The position numbers and the translations under genes are program-made. Positions 31,177-41,259 of a stretch of DNA of 64,000 nt are shown here, piece after piece. The DNA is from Chlamydiota bacterium (GTDB lineage: Bacteria > Chlamydiota > Chlamydiia > Chlamydiales > Rhabdochlamydiaceae): contig JAUPVT010000064.1 of the NCBI GenBank assembly GCA_030916885.1, forward strand, positions 6,618 to 70,617, written 5' to 3'. Under the pieces are notes generated by a model. That model saw only the letters and a program-made list of their open reading frames with translations, was not told the origin of the DNA and did no database searches. Every line of letters begins with the position of its first letter. Position 1 is the stretch's first letter.

Positions 31177-31890
31177 TATACTCAAGAACATAAAAAAAAA
31201 GATGTTATAGATAATCAATTCATTGAATTTTTTCATAAATTCTGTCATTGAGTCCCACTCATATGGAACCTACACCAAGCTTTTTAACACAAAATGAAAA
31301 AGATATCCTAAAGGCTCACCGTCGAAATGCCGTTAGGATGCAATAAAGCGCAAGCACAAGTACTAACTAGAAGGAGGAAAAAAGACCTTAGCCCAGCCTA
31401 AATTAATCAGGAAAAGCCGGTAAGTTTAGTTAAGAATAGCTAGGCCGGATCAAGACTTGCGAAAGCAAATTCTGAAGGTCAGGCACTTTTTTGAAAGAAC
31501 TCAAAACCTTAGAAATAGATCTTTGCGAATCAAATGCGCAGTCTACCATTAGTTTATTTCACAAATTAGAATAGCAATATTCCTATGCAAAACGCATTGT
31601 AGTGATATGTAATAAGGCAAGTTATTATAGATCAAGACTAGTTTTTGAGTATCTCAATAGTAGAAATCAATTTCTTATCGACTTATTCTCCAAACCTTAA
31701 GCTGGTTGAATGACTTTGACAATGCATGAATTGCTAAATTTAAAATAATTAATATCAATAAAAATTCGTAAAACCTAATAAGATAACTCTCGTTTTTTAA
31801 AAATATTTATAACTACCCAGAGGGTTAAAGAGTCTTCTCTCTAAAAAAATTGTGTATTGTAAATCCTTAATTCTAAATTCATCGAGTATA
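31177..31890 (+). mobile_element. IS630-family relic with both terminal inverted repeats
   Basis: Ends TATACTC (31177) and GAGTATA (31890). Transposase fragments MEPTPSFLTQNEKDILKAHR (31263) and NAQSTISLFHKLE*QYSYAKRIVVICNKASYYRSRL...YSPNL. Homologous to the copy at 55301-56022. Confidence 0.8.
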
Positions 31891-31984
31891 AAAGGTTTAA
31901 GAAAGGTAAAAAAACAAAACACTTTCATTTTTTAACAGACTGAGATAAACTTTTTGGATAGAGTGTTAAATTTTATTTTGGTTT

Positions 31985-32983
31985 ATGATTCAAAAAGCGC
32001 ATATTATTTCTACTGGTTCCTATCTTCCTGAAAAAGTATTATCGAATAGCGATTTAGAGAAAATGGTTGATACTTCAGACGAATGGATCTTCTCTCGTAC
32101 AGGAATGAAGGAGAGAAGGTTAGCAGCAGCAGATGAACCCACTTCTGAAATGGGATTTCAGGCAGCTAAAAAAGCCATTGAGAAAGCAGGGATTGATGTA
32201 GAAGAAATCGAACTTATTTTATTTGCTACTCTAACACCAGATTACCCCTTCCCTAGCACAGCGTGCTTAATACAAGCTCGTCTAGGTGCTTTTAATGCAG
32301 CAGCAGTAGACTTGCAAGCTGCTTGCACCGGGTATATTTACGCTTTATCTCAAGCTAAGGCTTACATTGAGTCAGGGATGTATAGATCTATTTTAATTGT
32401 GGCTTCTGAAAAACTCTCTTCGATTGTTAATTATCAAGATCGAGCTACTTGTGTTCTTTTTGGAGATGGTGCAGCAGCCTGTATTGTTGCAGCGGAAGGA
32501 AAAGGATTATTCATTTCAGATATTTGTTTAGGAGCTGATGGAAGATTGGCTGAGCTATTAATCATACCAGCTGGGGGGTCAAAGAAACCAGCCTCTATAG
32601 AGACCGTGCAAGCGAATCAGCATTATCTGAAAATGGAAGGAAAGGAATTGTTTAAACATGCGGTGCGTAGAATGGAAATGGCGGCTAGTCGCTGCTTGGA
32701 AAGAGCATCTTTAAAAAAAGAGCAGATTAAATGGTTGATTCCTCATCAAGCAAATATGCGTATTATTGAAGCCATTGCAAAACGCTTTGATATGCCAATG
32801 GAACGTGTTTTTTTGACATTGCATAAATATGGAAATACATCTGCTTCTTCTATAGGAATTGCTTTAGATGAGCTCTTAAAAGAAAAATGTTTAGAAGAAG
32901 GAGATAACATTTTGCTAGTAGCATTTGGTGCAGGGCTTACTTGGGGATCTATTATTTTAACCTGTGGAGGGGAAAATGCATAA
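31985..32983 (+). CDS. fabH: 3-oxoacyl-ACP synthase III
   Basis: AACTGY (catalytic Cys), PHQAN, GNTSASS. Confidence 0.97.
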   Translation: MIQKAHIISTGSYLPEKVLSNSDLEKMVDTSDEWIFSRTGMKERRLAAADEPTSEMGFQAAKKAIEKAGIDVEEIELILFATLTPDYPFPSTACLIQARLGAFNAAAVDLQAACTGYIYALSQAKAYIESGMYRSILIVASEKLSSIVNYQDRATCVLFGDGAAACIVAAEGKGLFISDICLGADGRLAELLIIPAGGSKKPASIETVQANQHYLKMEGKELFKHAVRRMEMAASRCLERASLKKEQIKWLIPHQANMRIIEAIAKRFDMPMERVFLTLHKYGNTSASSIGIALDELLKEKCLEEGDNILLVAFGAGLTWGSIILTCGGENA

Positions 32984-33932
32984 ATGGGCATTTATCTTTC
33001 CAGGTCAAGGAACGCAATATACAGGAATGGGAAAGGACTTTCACGATGCTTTTCCTGTAGCTAAAGCAGTTTTTCAAGAAGCAGATGAAATTTTACAGCA
33101 AAATTTTTCTTCTGTCATTTTTGAAGGCTCATCAGAGGTTTTAACCCTTACTAAAAACAGCCAAATTGCTATTTATATCGTAAGTATGGCTATTCTGCGT
33201 ACTTTGCAGACACAAGTTCCTCTTTTTAACCCAGCCATTTGCGGGGGGTTGAGTTTAGGGGAGTATACAGCTTTGGCTGCTTCTGAAAAAATCAGCTTTA
33301 GCCATTGTTTAAAGTTGGTGCAAGTGCGCGCTGAGGCTATGCATCAAGCTTGTAGAGAAACTAAAGGCACTATGCAAGTTGTACTAGGACTTGATGAGAG
33401 CTCGGTTGCTGAAGCTCTGCAAGAAATAAGCCCTAAAAGTGGCCCTGTTTGGATTGCTAATATTAACTGTCCAGGTCAAATTGTTATTGCGGGTAGTATT
33501 AAAAATATCGAGATAGCAGGCGAATACCTTAAGAAAAAAGGAGCTAAACGCATCATTGACCTAGAAGTGGCTGGGGCCTTTCATAGTGGCCTGATGCAAT
33601 CTGCTAAGGAAAAGCTTTTTAATAAGATTGAAAATGCTGCTATTTATGAAAGTAAAATTTGTTTTACTATGAATGTTCCTGGCAGAATAGTTGATTCTGT
33701 TGCTATGATTAAGCAGTATTTATTAGAACAAGTGACAAGTCCTGTTCTTTGGCAGCAATCTATTTTAGCTATGCAAGATTTTGGAGTGGAAGCTTATCTC
33801 GAAATAGGGCCTGGTAAAACTTTAAGTGGAATGAATAAAAGAATTGGGGCAAATGCTCCTACTCTACATATAGAAAAAGTAGCCGATTTAGATGGATTAG
33901 TGCGTCAATGGGAGTCTTTATGTCGCTCTTAG
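32976..33932 (+). CDS. fabD: Malonyl-CoA:ACP transacylase
   Basis: FPGQGTQ, GLSLGEY, AFHS. Confidence 0.96.
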   Translation: MHKWAFIFPGQGTQYTGMGKDFHDAFPVAKAVFQEADEILQQNFSSVIFEGSSEVLTLTKNSQIAIYIVSMAILRTLQTQVPLFNPAICGGLSLGEYTALAASEKISFSHCLKLVQVRAEAMHQACRETKGTMQVVLGLDESSVAEALQEISPKSGPVWIANINCPGQIVIAGSIKNIEIAGEYLKKKGAKRIIDLEVAGAFHSGLMQSAKEKLFNKIENAAIYESKICFTMNVPGRIVDSVAMIKQYLLEQVTSPVLWQQSILAMQDFGVEAYLEIGPGKTLSGMNKRIGANAPTLHIEKVADLDGLVRQWESLCRS

Positions 33933-34675
33933 CAAATAAAAATGCTTTGATTACAGGAGGTACTGCTGGTATTGGTAAAGCTATTGCTTTAGCATTTCTG
34001 CAGCAGGGAGCAAATGTAGCTATTTTAGGAACAAATAAAGACCATGCAGTCCGTGTTGTAGAAGAGTTGCAATCAGCTAAGATTAATCAACAGCAAAGAA
34101 TAGAATCCTTTCTTGTAGATGTTTCTAATAAATTGGAAGTTGACAATATAGTTAAAGATTTGATTCTATCTTGGATATCGATCGATATTTTGGTCAATAA
34201 TGCAGGTATTACTCGAGATGGCTTATTGATTAGGATGAGTGAAGAGGACTTTGACCGAGTCATTGAAGTAAATCTCAAGGCGCTTTTTAATTTGTGTCGC
34301 TCAGTTGTTCCTCATATGGTAAAAGCTCGTAGTGGAAATATCATTAATATTTCCTCCATTGTAGCTTCAACAGGCAATCCAGGTCAGTTTAATTATGCGG
34401 CATCTAAAGCAGGTGTTGAAGGTGCCTCAAAAGTGCTAGCAAAAGAAGTTGCTTCTCGCAATATTCGCATCAATTGTATAGCGCCTGGGTTTATTCAGAC
34501 GCGTATGACAGATAAATTAACAGAAGCGCAAAAAGAGCATATCTTAAGTCAAATCCCTCTGAAAGCTATGGGTAAGCCTGAAGATATTGCAAATGCAGCT
34601 GTTTTTCTGGCAAGTCATCTTTCTAGCTACATTACAGGCCAAATATTGACTGTAGATGGTGGAATGGTGATGTGA
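33920..34675 (+). CDS. fabG: 3-oxoacyl-ACP reductase
   Basis: TGGTAGIG, NNAGITRD, YAASK. Confidence 0.96.
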   Translation: MSLLANKNALITGGTAGIGKAIALAFLQQGANVAILGTNKDHAVRVVEELQSAKINQQQRIESFLVDVSNKLEVDNIVKDLILSWISIDILVNNAGITRDGLLIRMSEEDFDRVIEVNLKALFNLCRSVVPHMVKARSGNIINISSIVASTGNPGQFNYAASKAGVEGASKVLAKEVASRNIRINCIAPGFIQTRMTDKLTEAQKEHILSQIPLKAMGKPEDIANAAVFLASHLSSYITGQILTVDGGMVM

Positions 34676-34711
34676 TGATTTTGATAAATATAACTTAACT
34701 AAAGGATATCT

Positions 34712-34999
34712 ATGTCAACCCCTGAGAAATCTGTTGAACAAGAAGCTCTTGAAAGAGAAGTTCTTGATATTGTTATTGAGCAACTGCAACTTGATCCTTC
34801 TGAAGCTTCCTTAGAAAAATCTTTTTCAGAAGATTTTGGTACGGACTCTTTAGATCTAACAGAATTAATTATGGCATTTGAAGCACGTTTTGGATTTGAA
34901 ATTCCACAAAAAGAAGCAGAAAAACTACATATTATTAAAGATGTAGTGGATTACGTTCAAAAAAACCGTAGTGATAATAAAAGTCCCCCTTCTGCTTAA
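34712..34999 (+). CDS. acpP: Acyl carrier protein
   Basis: GTDSLDLTEL phosphopantetheine site. Confidence 0.95.
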   Translation: MSTPEKSVEQEALEREVLDIVIEQLQLDPSEASLEKSFSEDFGTDSLDLTELIMAFEARFGFEIPQKEAEKLHIIKDVVDYVQKNRSDNKSPPSA

Positions 35000-35003
35000 G
35001 TTT

Positions 35004-35027
35004 TAGGGCTGCTTATCAGTAGCCCTA
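35004..35027 (+). terminator. Hairpin/terminator after acpP
   Basis: TAGGGCTGCT-TATC-AGTAGCCCTA; T-run shortly after. Confidence 0.6.
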
Positions 35028-35140
35028 GACTCAATTTTTTTTAAGTTTTTTCGAATCAATCAAATTTAGCTTTTTAGAAAAACTATACTATAATATCTAA
35101 AGTTTCTTATTTAAAAATAAAAAATTAAGGTTGTGTTCAT

Positions 35141-35258
35141 ATGGATTCCGATATTGTTGTTGTAGGGGAAACTCTATAGGACTTTGGACAGCTATTCAAA
35201 CATTTTTTTAATAACAAGACCTATTCTTGTTATTGAAAAATACACAGAATATAAACGC
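35141..35258 (+). pseudogene. N-terminal relic of an FAD-dependent oxidoreductase
   Basis: MDSDIVVVG / (frameshift) SIGLWTAIQT / (frameshift) RPILVIEKYTEYKR, i.e. a Rossmann beta-alpha-beta fold ending in an acidic residue. Confidence 0.55.
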
Positions 35259-35299
35259 TTCTTCGTTTAGTGCAATTCCTGGTTTTTGTACCATAATCC

Positions 35300-35920
35300 C
35301 TAGCTTGTGTTTGGAAAGCCTACAATGGCTTTGTAGCATAATAGAAGGTGCAGAACACCATTCATAGCTCGGTGTGGATTCTGTTCGCCTCTAAGAGAAT
35401 ATGCCTTTGCAATCGCATCTTTCGAGCACCCTGTTTCCCAAGGAAACGACCCTAGACCCATTTTTGCTTTGCGTATAGCTTCTGCCCAATACATGGAGGC
35501 CAAATCTAACCAATGATAGGGAAAGAGAAGAAACTCTTGTAATTCAGGGGAAATAAGATAAGAGAAAAAAACACGGTCAAAAGAAGGGTTTTGGCAAATA
35601 AAAACAGCTTTACCTCGGGTGATTTGATTTTTAACAAAGCAGTCTTGTATTTGTTCAGCTACCAATTGAGAAGACAGTCCTTGACATGTTATCTGCCAAT
35701 TGAAACCGTTAATTTCTAGGCTTTTAGGATCACTTTTTTGCCAATCTTGCGGGTTAAGGGCAATTATTGACTCAAAAGAATCCTGGCAAGTACCTGTTGT
35801 AAGATCAATGATTTGAAAGGCAATTTCTATAATTTTATGTTTTTGCGGGTTTAAGCCGTTGGTTTCTGTATCTAAAAAAATCCCTAGCAAAGCTATCCTT
35901 TTATGAAAAATTAAGAACAA
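35300..35920 (-). CDS. DEDD-family 3'-5' exonuclease-like protein
   Basis: FLDTETNG, CQNPSFD, HRAMNG; true start probably ~30 nt downstream of the ORF start. Confidence 0.8.
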   Translation of the reverse strand: MFLIFHKRIALLGIFLDTETNGLNPQKHKIIEIAFQIIDLTTGTCQDSFESIIALNPQDWQKSDPKSLEINGFNWQITCQGLSSQLVAEQIQDCFVKNQITRGKAVFICQNPSFDRVFFSYLISPELQEFLLFPYHWLDLASMYWAEAIRKAKMGLGSFPWETGCSKDAIAKAYSLRGEQNPHRAMNGVLHLLLCYKAIVGFPNTS

Positions 35921-36123
35921 TCGAGGTTAGCAAAAAAAGTAGACAGATTCAATAAGTATTTTTCTTGTTAACATAATATTTTATTTGATATATTTCATTA
36001 TCTTTAAGTGAACCCAATTGAGATGCTGAATCTTATGTATTTTTTTTGATTTTAAAGAATGGTAACAAACTAAGTAATCTGTTACTATGGACGATCTATA
36101 TTTTACTTCAAGGTCGATCATCA

Positions 36124-36534
36124 ATGAGTTTCCCGCGTAAGTTTCGAGAGGTTGTATTTCAACTTCTTTATAGTGCTGATTTTAGTCAATGCCCACTAGA
36201 AGATATAATGGCTATGATTATGGAAAAGGTTGCTGTTACAAAAAAAGTGGTTCGTGAAGCATATGCCATGCAGCAGCTAATTACCGCTCGAGAAGAGGAG
36301 ATCACTGCAGTGATAAAGAAGCACGCAAAGAATTATCAGATAAACCGTATAGCTAAGGTTGAATATAATGTTTTGCGTTTAGGTGTTTACGAGCTGCTTT
36401 ATTGCCCAGATCTACCTTTTAAAATAACCATTTCCGAAGCCATTCGCTTATCTCGTAAATTTGCCACAAAAGAGTCAGCTAATTTTATCAACGCTGTTTT
36501 AGACAGCGTTTATCGATCTATAACACCATGTTAA
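36124..36534 (+). CDS. nusB: Transcription antitermination factor NusB
   Basis: REVVFQLLY, LRLGVYEL, ISEAIRLSRKF, FINAVLD. Confidence 0.93.
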   Translation: MSFPRKFREVVFQLLYSADFSQCPLEDIMAMIMEKVAVTKKVVREAYAMQQLITAREEEITAVIKKHAKNYQINRIAKVEYNVLRLGVYELLYCPDLPFKITISEAIRLSRKFATKESANFINAVLDSVYRSITPC

Positions 36535-37400
36535 TATTTCAATCTGGGAAGTTATTAAAAGATTATACAACAATCCAAATAGGCGGCCCAGCATATGAGT
36601 TTATTTCAATAGATTCTATAGAAGGGATGCAAGAGGTTTTACGTTATTGCTTTACATGCAACCGAGATTTTTTTATTTTAGGAAAAGGCTCAAATTGCCT
36701 TTTTCACGATGATGGATTTAAAGGACTTGTTATTTTAAATAAAATTAGTTTTTGTTTAATTGAAGAAGAGATTATATCTGTTGGAGCAGGCTATAGTTTT
36801 TCTTATTTAGGAACGCAAACAGCAAAAAAGGGTTTATCTGGTTTAGAATTTGCTTCAGGAATTCCAGGTTCCGTTGGAGGAGCAATCTACATGAATTCAG
36901 GTGTCTCTTCTTTTGAAACAGCAGATTGCCTTCAAGAGGTTATATTTGTTGGACAAAGCGGTGAGGTAGAGATTCTATCTCGCGATCAGATAGACTTCTC
37001 CTACAGATTTTCTTCTTTTCAAAATCGAAAAGGTGCAATTGTAGCAGCGAAATTTAAGCTAACCAAAACAAAAGATGCAAAGAAAAAACAACTAGACCTT
37101 ATAGGTTATCGAATCAAAACACAGCCCTATAAAGATTTATCTGCAGGATGTATATTTCGAAATCCCGGTAAATTATCAGCAGGGGCTCTCATTGAAAAAT
37201 GCGGTCTTAAAGGTACTTGTATAGGGGATGCAGAGGTTTCTTTAATACATGCAAACTTTATTATTAATAAAAAAAAGGCAACTGCTAGTCAAGTCTGCGC
37301 GTTAATATGCCTCATTCACCAGACAGTCAAAGAAAAAGAGGGGGTTGATTTAAAGATGGAAATTCTTTATGTCCCATATTGTTTAGATGTTTCGCGCTGA
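36528..37400 (+). CDS. murB: UDP-N-acetylenolpyruvoylglucosamine reductase
   Basis: GKGSNCL, GIPGSVGGAIYMN, SAGCIFRNP, HANFIIN. Confidence 0.96.
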   Translation: MLIFQSGKLLKDYTTIQIGGPAYEFISIDSIEGMQEVLRYCFTCNRDFFILGKGSNCLFHDDGFKGLVILNKISFCLIEEEIISVGAGYSFSYLGTQTAKKGLSGLEFASGIPGSVGGAIYMNSGVSSFETADCLQEVIFVGQSGEVEILSRDQIDFSYRFSSFQNRKGAIVAAKFKLTKTKDAKKKQLDLIGYRIKTQPYKDLSAGCIFRNPGKLSAGALIEKCGLKGTCIGDAEVSLIHANFIINKKKATASQVCALICLIHQTVKEKEGVDLKMEILYVPYCLDVSR

Positions 37401-38196
37401 TTTACATTGCCATACAAAATGTAGCGATGGTACAAGTAGTTCTGAAGAGTTGCTATATCAAGCAAAGAGTAATGGTCTGCAAGGACTATCAATTACAGAT
37501 CATGATACAATATCTGCTTATAAAGCGGCCATTCCTATTGCTAAAGAGCTTGGGATTCTTTTAGGTACCGGGGTAGAATTTTCCTGCAGCTTCGAAGGTC
37601 AAAGCGTTCATATATTAGCTTATGATTTTATTTTATCGAATCCCAATATTGAAAATCTTTGTAAAAAGCAACAGTTTAATCGAACTCAACGTAATCGAGT
37701 GATTTTAGGAAAATTACAGGCTAAAGGAATTTTTATAAGTCAAGAAGAGCTAGATGACTTAAGCACAGTTCTTGGACGCCCTCATATAGCACAATTAATG
37801 ATAAAAAAAGGTTATGTGAATTCTATAGAAGAGGCCTTTACTCTTTATTTAGGAGATAATAAATCTTGCTTTTATCGAGGAGAGCTCCTTCAGATAGAAG
37901 AAACAATGGATCTAATTCATCAAGCTCATGCTAAAGTTTTTCTAGCTCACCCTCATCTCTTATCGCGATCTATTTCTATAAAAAATCTATTCAAATTGCC
38001 CTTTGATGGAATAGAATGCTACTATGCAAAAATTTCTCCTGCTCGAGAAAAAACATGGATAAAATTAGCTAAATCCAAAGGTTTATTAATAAGTGGAGGA
38101 TCCGATTATCATGGAAGTATAAAAAATTATTTACCTTTAGGTTGTTCATGGGTAGATAGAGATACTTTCTTTTCGATTTTTCAAAATATATTATGA
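37387..38196 (+). CDS. PHP domain phosphoesterase (YciV/TrpH-like)
   Basis: DLHCHTKCSDG, ITDHDT, GRPHIA, AHP, GGSDYHG. Confidence 0.9.
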   Translation: MFRADLHCHTKCSDGTSSSEELLYQAKSNGLQGLSITDHDTISAYKAAIPIAKELGILLGTGVEFSCSFEGQSVHILAYDFILSNPNIENLCKKQQFNRTQRNRVILGKLQAKGIFISQEELDDLSTVLGRPHIAQLMIKKGYVNSIEEAFTLYLGDNKSCFYRGELLQIEETMDLIHQAHAKVFLAHPHLLSRSISIKNLFKLPFDGIECYYAKISPAREKTWIKLAKSKGLLISGGSDYHGSIKNYLPLGCSWVDRDTFFSIFQNIL

Positions 38197-38202
38197 AAAA
38201 AT

Positions 38203-39423
38203 ATGTCCAATTATAAAAGAATACTCAAACAGCTTTTAGCAATACCCCCAGCAAAAGAAAAAAGCTGCACTCTAGAAAATGTGCAATCTTTACATAAAAT
38301 ACTTTCTTGTCCTACAAGCACATACCCTACTATTCATGTTGCAGGAACCAACGGAAAAGGCTCTGTATCTATGAAAATCGCTAAAGCATTAGAATGTTCT
38401 GGATATCGTGTTGGATTAGTCACTTCACCTCATATTATCTCGCCACGTGAAAGAATTTGCATTAACTCAGAATTAATTTCTGAAGAAGAAATGGTCAGTG
38501 GTGTAGAAAAACTTTTTCAAGTATGTCGAAATCTGGAATTAAAGCTCTCTTTTTTTGAATTGATGACCTTCTTGGCTTTTGATTTTTTTTGCGAAAAGCG
38601 TGTAGATATAGCAGTCGTTGAAACAGGGTTAGGAGGTAGACTAGATGCTACCAATATATTATGTCCTGTTCTTACGGTTATTACCTCCATCAGTAAAGAA
38701 CATGTGCAATTCTTAGGTGAAAATTTAGAGAAGATAGCTTTTGAAAAAGCAGGTATTTTAAAACTCAGAGTTCCAGTTATTTTGGGGCCTAGAGCTCGTT
38801 TTCAATCTATTTATAAGCATGCTTGCGCTTTAAAGTGCCCTGTTTTTTGTGTGAATAAAGTTTTTCACTTTTTCGACGAAGAAAACAGTGAAATAGCTAA
38901 GAGAGCCTTAGAACAGCTTAAAACCGATTTTATGTTAACTCAAAAATCTATAGATCAGGCACTTATTTTTCGGCCTAGTTGTCGTTTTGAGATATGTGGA
39001 GATGTAATTTTTGATGTAGCTCATAATCCAGAAGCTATATTTTATCTTTTGCAAGCACTGCATTACTTCTTTCCTCAAAGGCGCCTGCGCTTTGTAGTAG
39101 GATTCTCAAAAGATAAAGATTATGAAAGTTGTTTAGAATTAATAGCTCCTGTTGCAGTACATATTCATTTAGTGCAAGGAAATGATAAATTAATGTCTAT
39201 AGAAGAGCTCTCTTTCGTATTGAAAGATGCGCCTTCCTTCTTTTATACTTGCCATCAGAGTATAGAAGAAGGAGTTAAGGCAGCTTTTAGCTTTGCTTTT
39301 CAAGCAAATGAGTTAACAGTTGTCTGCGGCAGTTTTTATATCATGCAAGAGGCTAAAAGCGTTACTTATCCAACAAAAGCTTTTGACTTAAACATGCAAG
39401 GGGTTCCTATCGCTTTTTCTTGA
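38203..39423 (+). CDS. folC: Folylpolyglutamate synthase/dihydrofolate synthase
   Basis: HVAGTNGKGS, ETGLGGRLDATN, DVAHNP, CGSFY. Confidence 0.93.
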   Translation: MSNYKRILKQLLAIPPAKEKSCTLENVQSLHKILSCPTSTYPTIHVAGTNGKGSVSMKIAKALECSGYRVGLVTSPHIISPRERICINSELISEEEMVSGVEKLFQVCRNLELKLSFFELMTFLAFDFFCEKRVDIAVVETGLGGRLDATNILCPVLTVITSISKEHVQFLGENLEKIAFEKAGILKLRVPVILGPRARFQSIYKHACALKCPVFCVNKVFHFFDEENSEIAKRALEQLKTDFMLTQKSIDQALIFRPSCRFEICGDVIFDVAHNPEAIFYLLQALHYFFPQRRLRFVVGFSKDKDYESCLELIAPVAVHIHLVQGNDKLMSIEELSFVLKDAPSFFYTCHQSIEEGVKAAFSFAFQANELTVVCGSFYIMQEAKSVTYPTKAFDLNMQGVPIAFS

Positions 39424-40175
39424 TCTAAGATTTCAAACAATTCAAGAAATATCTCATCAACTTCTTCTTTAGTGGGAAATCCTTCATGTGTGCCAACCAA
39501 CTCACGAGCTGTGCCTATTAAGCATTGGATAGTCTCAAAAGTTTTCTCAAAAATTTTTGTGTTTAAGAATTCCATATTTCTGTAGACGCGTTTTTTGTAT
39601 TCCTCAGGTAAAAGGTTAAAACGGTGCTTTGCCTGAATACTTTGGTCATTATATAGCAGAGCAGCAATTTCAAATAATTCTTCTGTATATTCGATATAAA
39701 ATCCTAAGTAGAGCAAGGTCTGTCTTTTGGAAAACCAATTCAAATGAGAAGGTGTTGTATTTTTTTTAAGATTTTTTTCAGCTTGTTTAAGGATCACTTT
39801 AGCTTCTGCAACTACTTGTCTATCAGCAACAGCAGGGCGGTGATGATATTCAAAATCATGAATCTGTTGTTTTAAAATACGAATTGCTTTACGAGTAACC
39901 TGTTCTTTTAGTTCTTCAGATCTGTGCCTAATTAAATTAATTTCTTGTTCTACTAAACGGTCCTCAAGTTGTCTGTATAAACTGATAAGAATTTCTTTAG
40001 AATGCTTAGCAAACGAAAGATCTATTTGATATAAATTTTGAATTTCCTTTTCTATAGCAGCTAGTTGCTTAGAAAAGTATTCGTATGCTTTAGGGGAAAT
40101 AAAGCAACGCTTCATCTCTTCAGAAAGAGATTTTAGCTTAAAATGTAAGCTTAAATAAGTAATTTTTTGTGTCAT
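39366..40175 (-). CDS. Hypothetical protein (helical)
   Basis: 269-aa ORF; its 3' end overlaps the folC 3' end by 58 nt. Confidence 0.7.
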   Translation of the reverse strand: MTQKITYLSLHFKLKSLSEEMKRCFISPKAYEYFSKQLAAIEKEIQNLYQIDLSFAKHSKEILISLYRQLEDRLVEQEINLIRHRSEELKEQVTRKAIRILKQQIHDFEYHHRPAVADRQVVAEAKVILKQAEKNLKKNTTPSHLNWFSKRQTLLYLGFYIEYTEELFEIAALLYNDQSIQAKHRFNLLPEEYKKRVYRNMEFLNTKIFEKTFETIQCLIGTARELVGTHEGFPTKEEVDEIFLELFEILDQEKAIGTPCMFKSKAFVG

Positions 40176-40441
40176 ATTAATTAATTGTTTTATTTATTAA
40201 TCTTAATTAAGTATAATTAACCGCACACTTAATTCTATTTCTAGTTTATTTAGAAATCAATACTAATAAATATCTTTATTGTTTGATGTTAATTATTTTT
40301 TATTTTGTGGTTTTTTCTTTTTTCTCTATAAATCTCTTCAATAAAATAGATATATTTTTACTTTTAAAGTGTAAACTTTTTTTTATCATTTCTTGCTTTT
40401 TATTTTAGGTAAAGATAGACAAGAGAGATGTAAGAAATGAT

Positions 40442-41023
40442 TTAATAACTATTTTTTTTTTGAATCAATAACAAAGAAGCCGATGCGTGTTTATTTGGCC
40501 AGGTATGATGGCAAATAGCATATTCGGCGGAGGATAATTCTTGTACTTTCTGTACTAAGAAGGATTGCTCTTTAGCTCCTTCTGCATGACCTGGGTAGCA
40601 GCAAATAGTAATTAAGCCGCTTGGCATAATTAGCTCAAGAGCAGCATTAAGACTTTTTAGTGTATCTTCTGTAACGGTAGTAATTTTTTTGTTACTACCT
40701 GGAAGGTATCCTAAATTGTATATAACTAAGCGAATAGGGTAGTTATAGGCAAGGGAAGGGAAATGAATATGCGATGTGCAAAATAAATGAATTTTTTTAT
40801 ACTGATCTTCTTGCAAGGATTTTTTTAATAAAAAAGAGGTATTCTCAATAGCGATTTGTTGTTTATCTAAACCAATAATCCCTCCTAAAGAAAAATTTAC
40901 CAATTGTAAAGTATCTTTGCCGTTTCCACAAGTCGCATCAATAGCCCAATCTCCTCGTTGCAAGACCATTTTCCAATAAAAACGTGCTAGCTCTAGATGA
41001 GAATATAGGGGTAAAAAATCCAT
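40442..41023 (-). CDS. Class I SAM-dependent methyltransferase (YtqB/MnmM-like)
   Basis: IDATCGNGKDT, YNLGYLPG, CYPGHAEG. Confidence 0.85.
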   Translation of the reverse strand: MDFLPLYSHLELARFYWKMVLQRGDWAIDATCGNGKDTLQLVNFSLGGIIGLDKQQIAIENTSFLLKKSLQEDQYKKIHLFCTSHIHFPSLAYNYPIRLVIYNLGYLPGSNKKITTVTEDTLKSLNAALELIMPSGLITICCYPGHAEGAKEQSFLVQKVQELSSAEYAICHHTWPNKHASASLLLIQKKNSY

Positions 41024-41177
41024 GAAAATCTTTTGGGATAAGTAGATGCTTTTGAGTGTAAATTTAAAAGGAGATTCAAGCAACTGCCTTTTCTTAGATG
41101 AAATAAGTTGCTTTAAAGAAGTTGATTAGAATTAAATCATTTCGATATCATGTTTAGGAATCTAAAACCATAATAAT

Positions 41178-41251
41178 GGGGTATTAGCTCAGTTGGTTAG
41201 AGCGCCACGTTGACATCGTGGAGGTCGGCTGTTCAAATCAGCTATATCCCA
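41178..41251 (+). tRNA. tRNA-Val (GAC)
   Basis: GGGGTATTAGCTCAGTTGGTTAGAGC, anticodon arm CCACG-TTGACAT-CGTGG, GTTCAAATC T-loop; CCA not encoded. Confidence 0.95.
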
Positions 41252-41259
41252 AATTTTCT

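Noticed and set aside
39366-39423. 58-nt convergent overlap of folC and the hypothetical gene
   Set aside because: Most simply a drifted stop codon; the folC core motifs end before the overlap
41218-41259. GTG start of the ThrRS-like ORF
   Set aside because: Lies inside the tRNA-Val gene; ATG 41260 used instead
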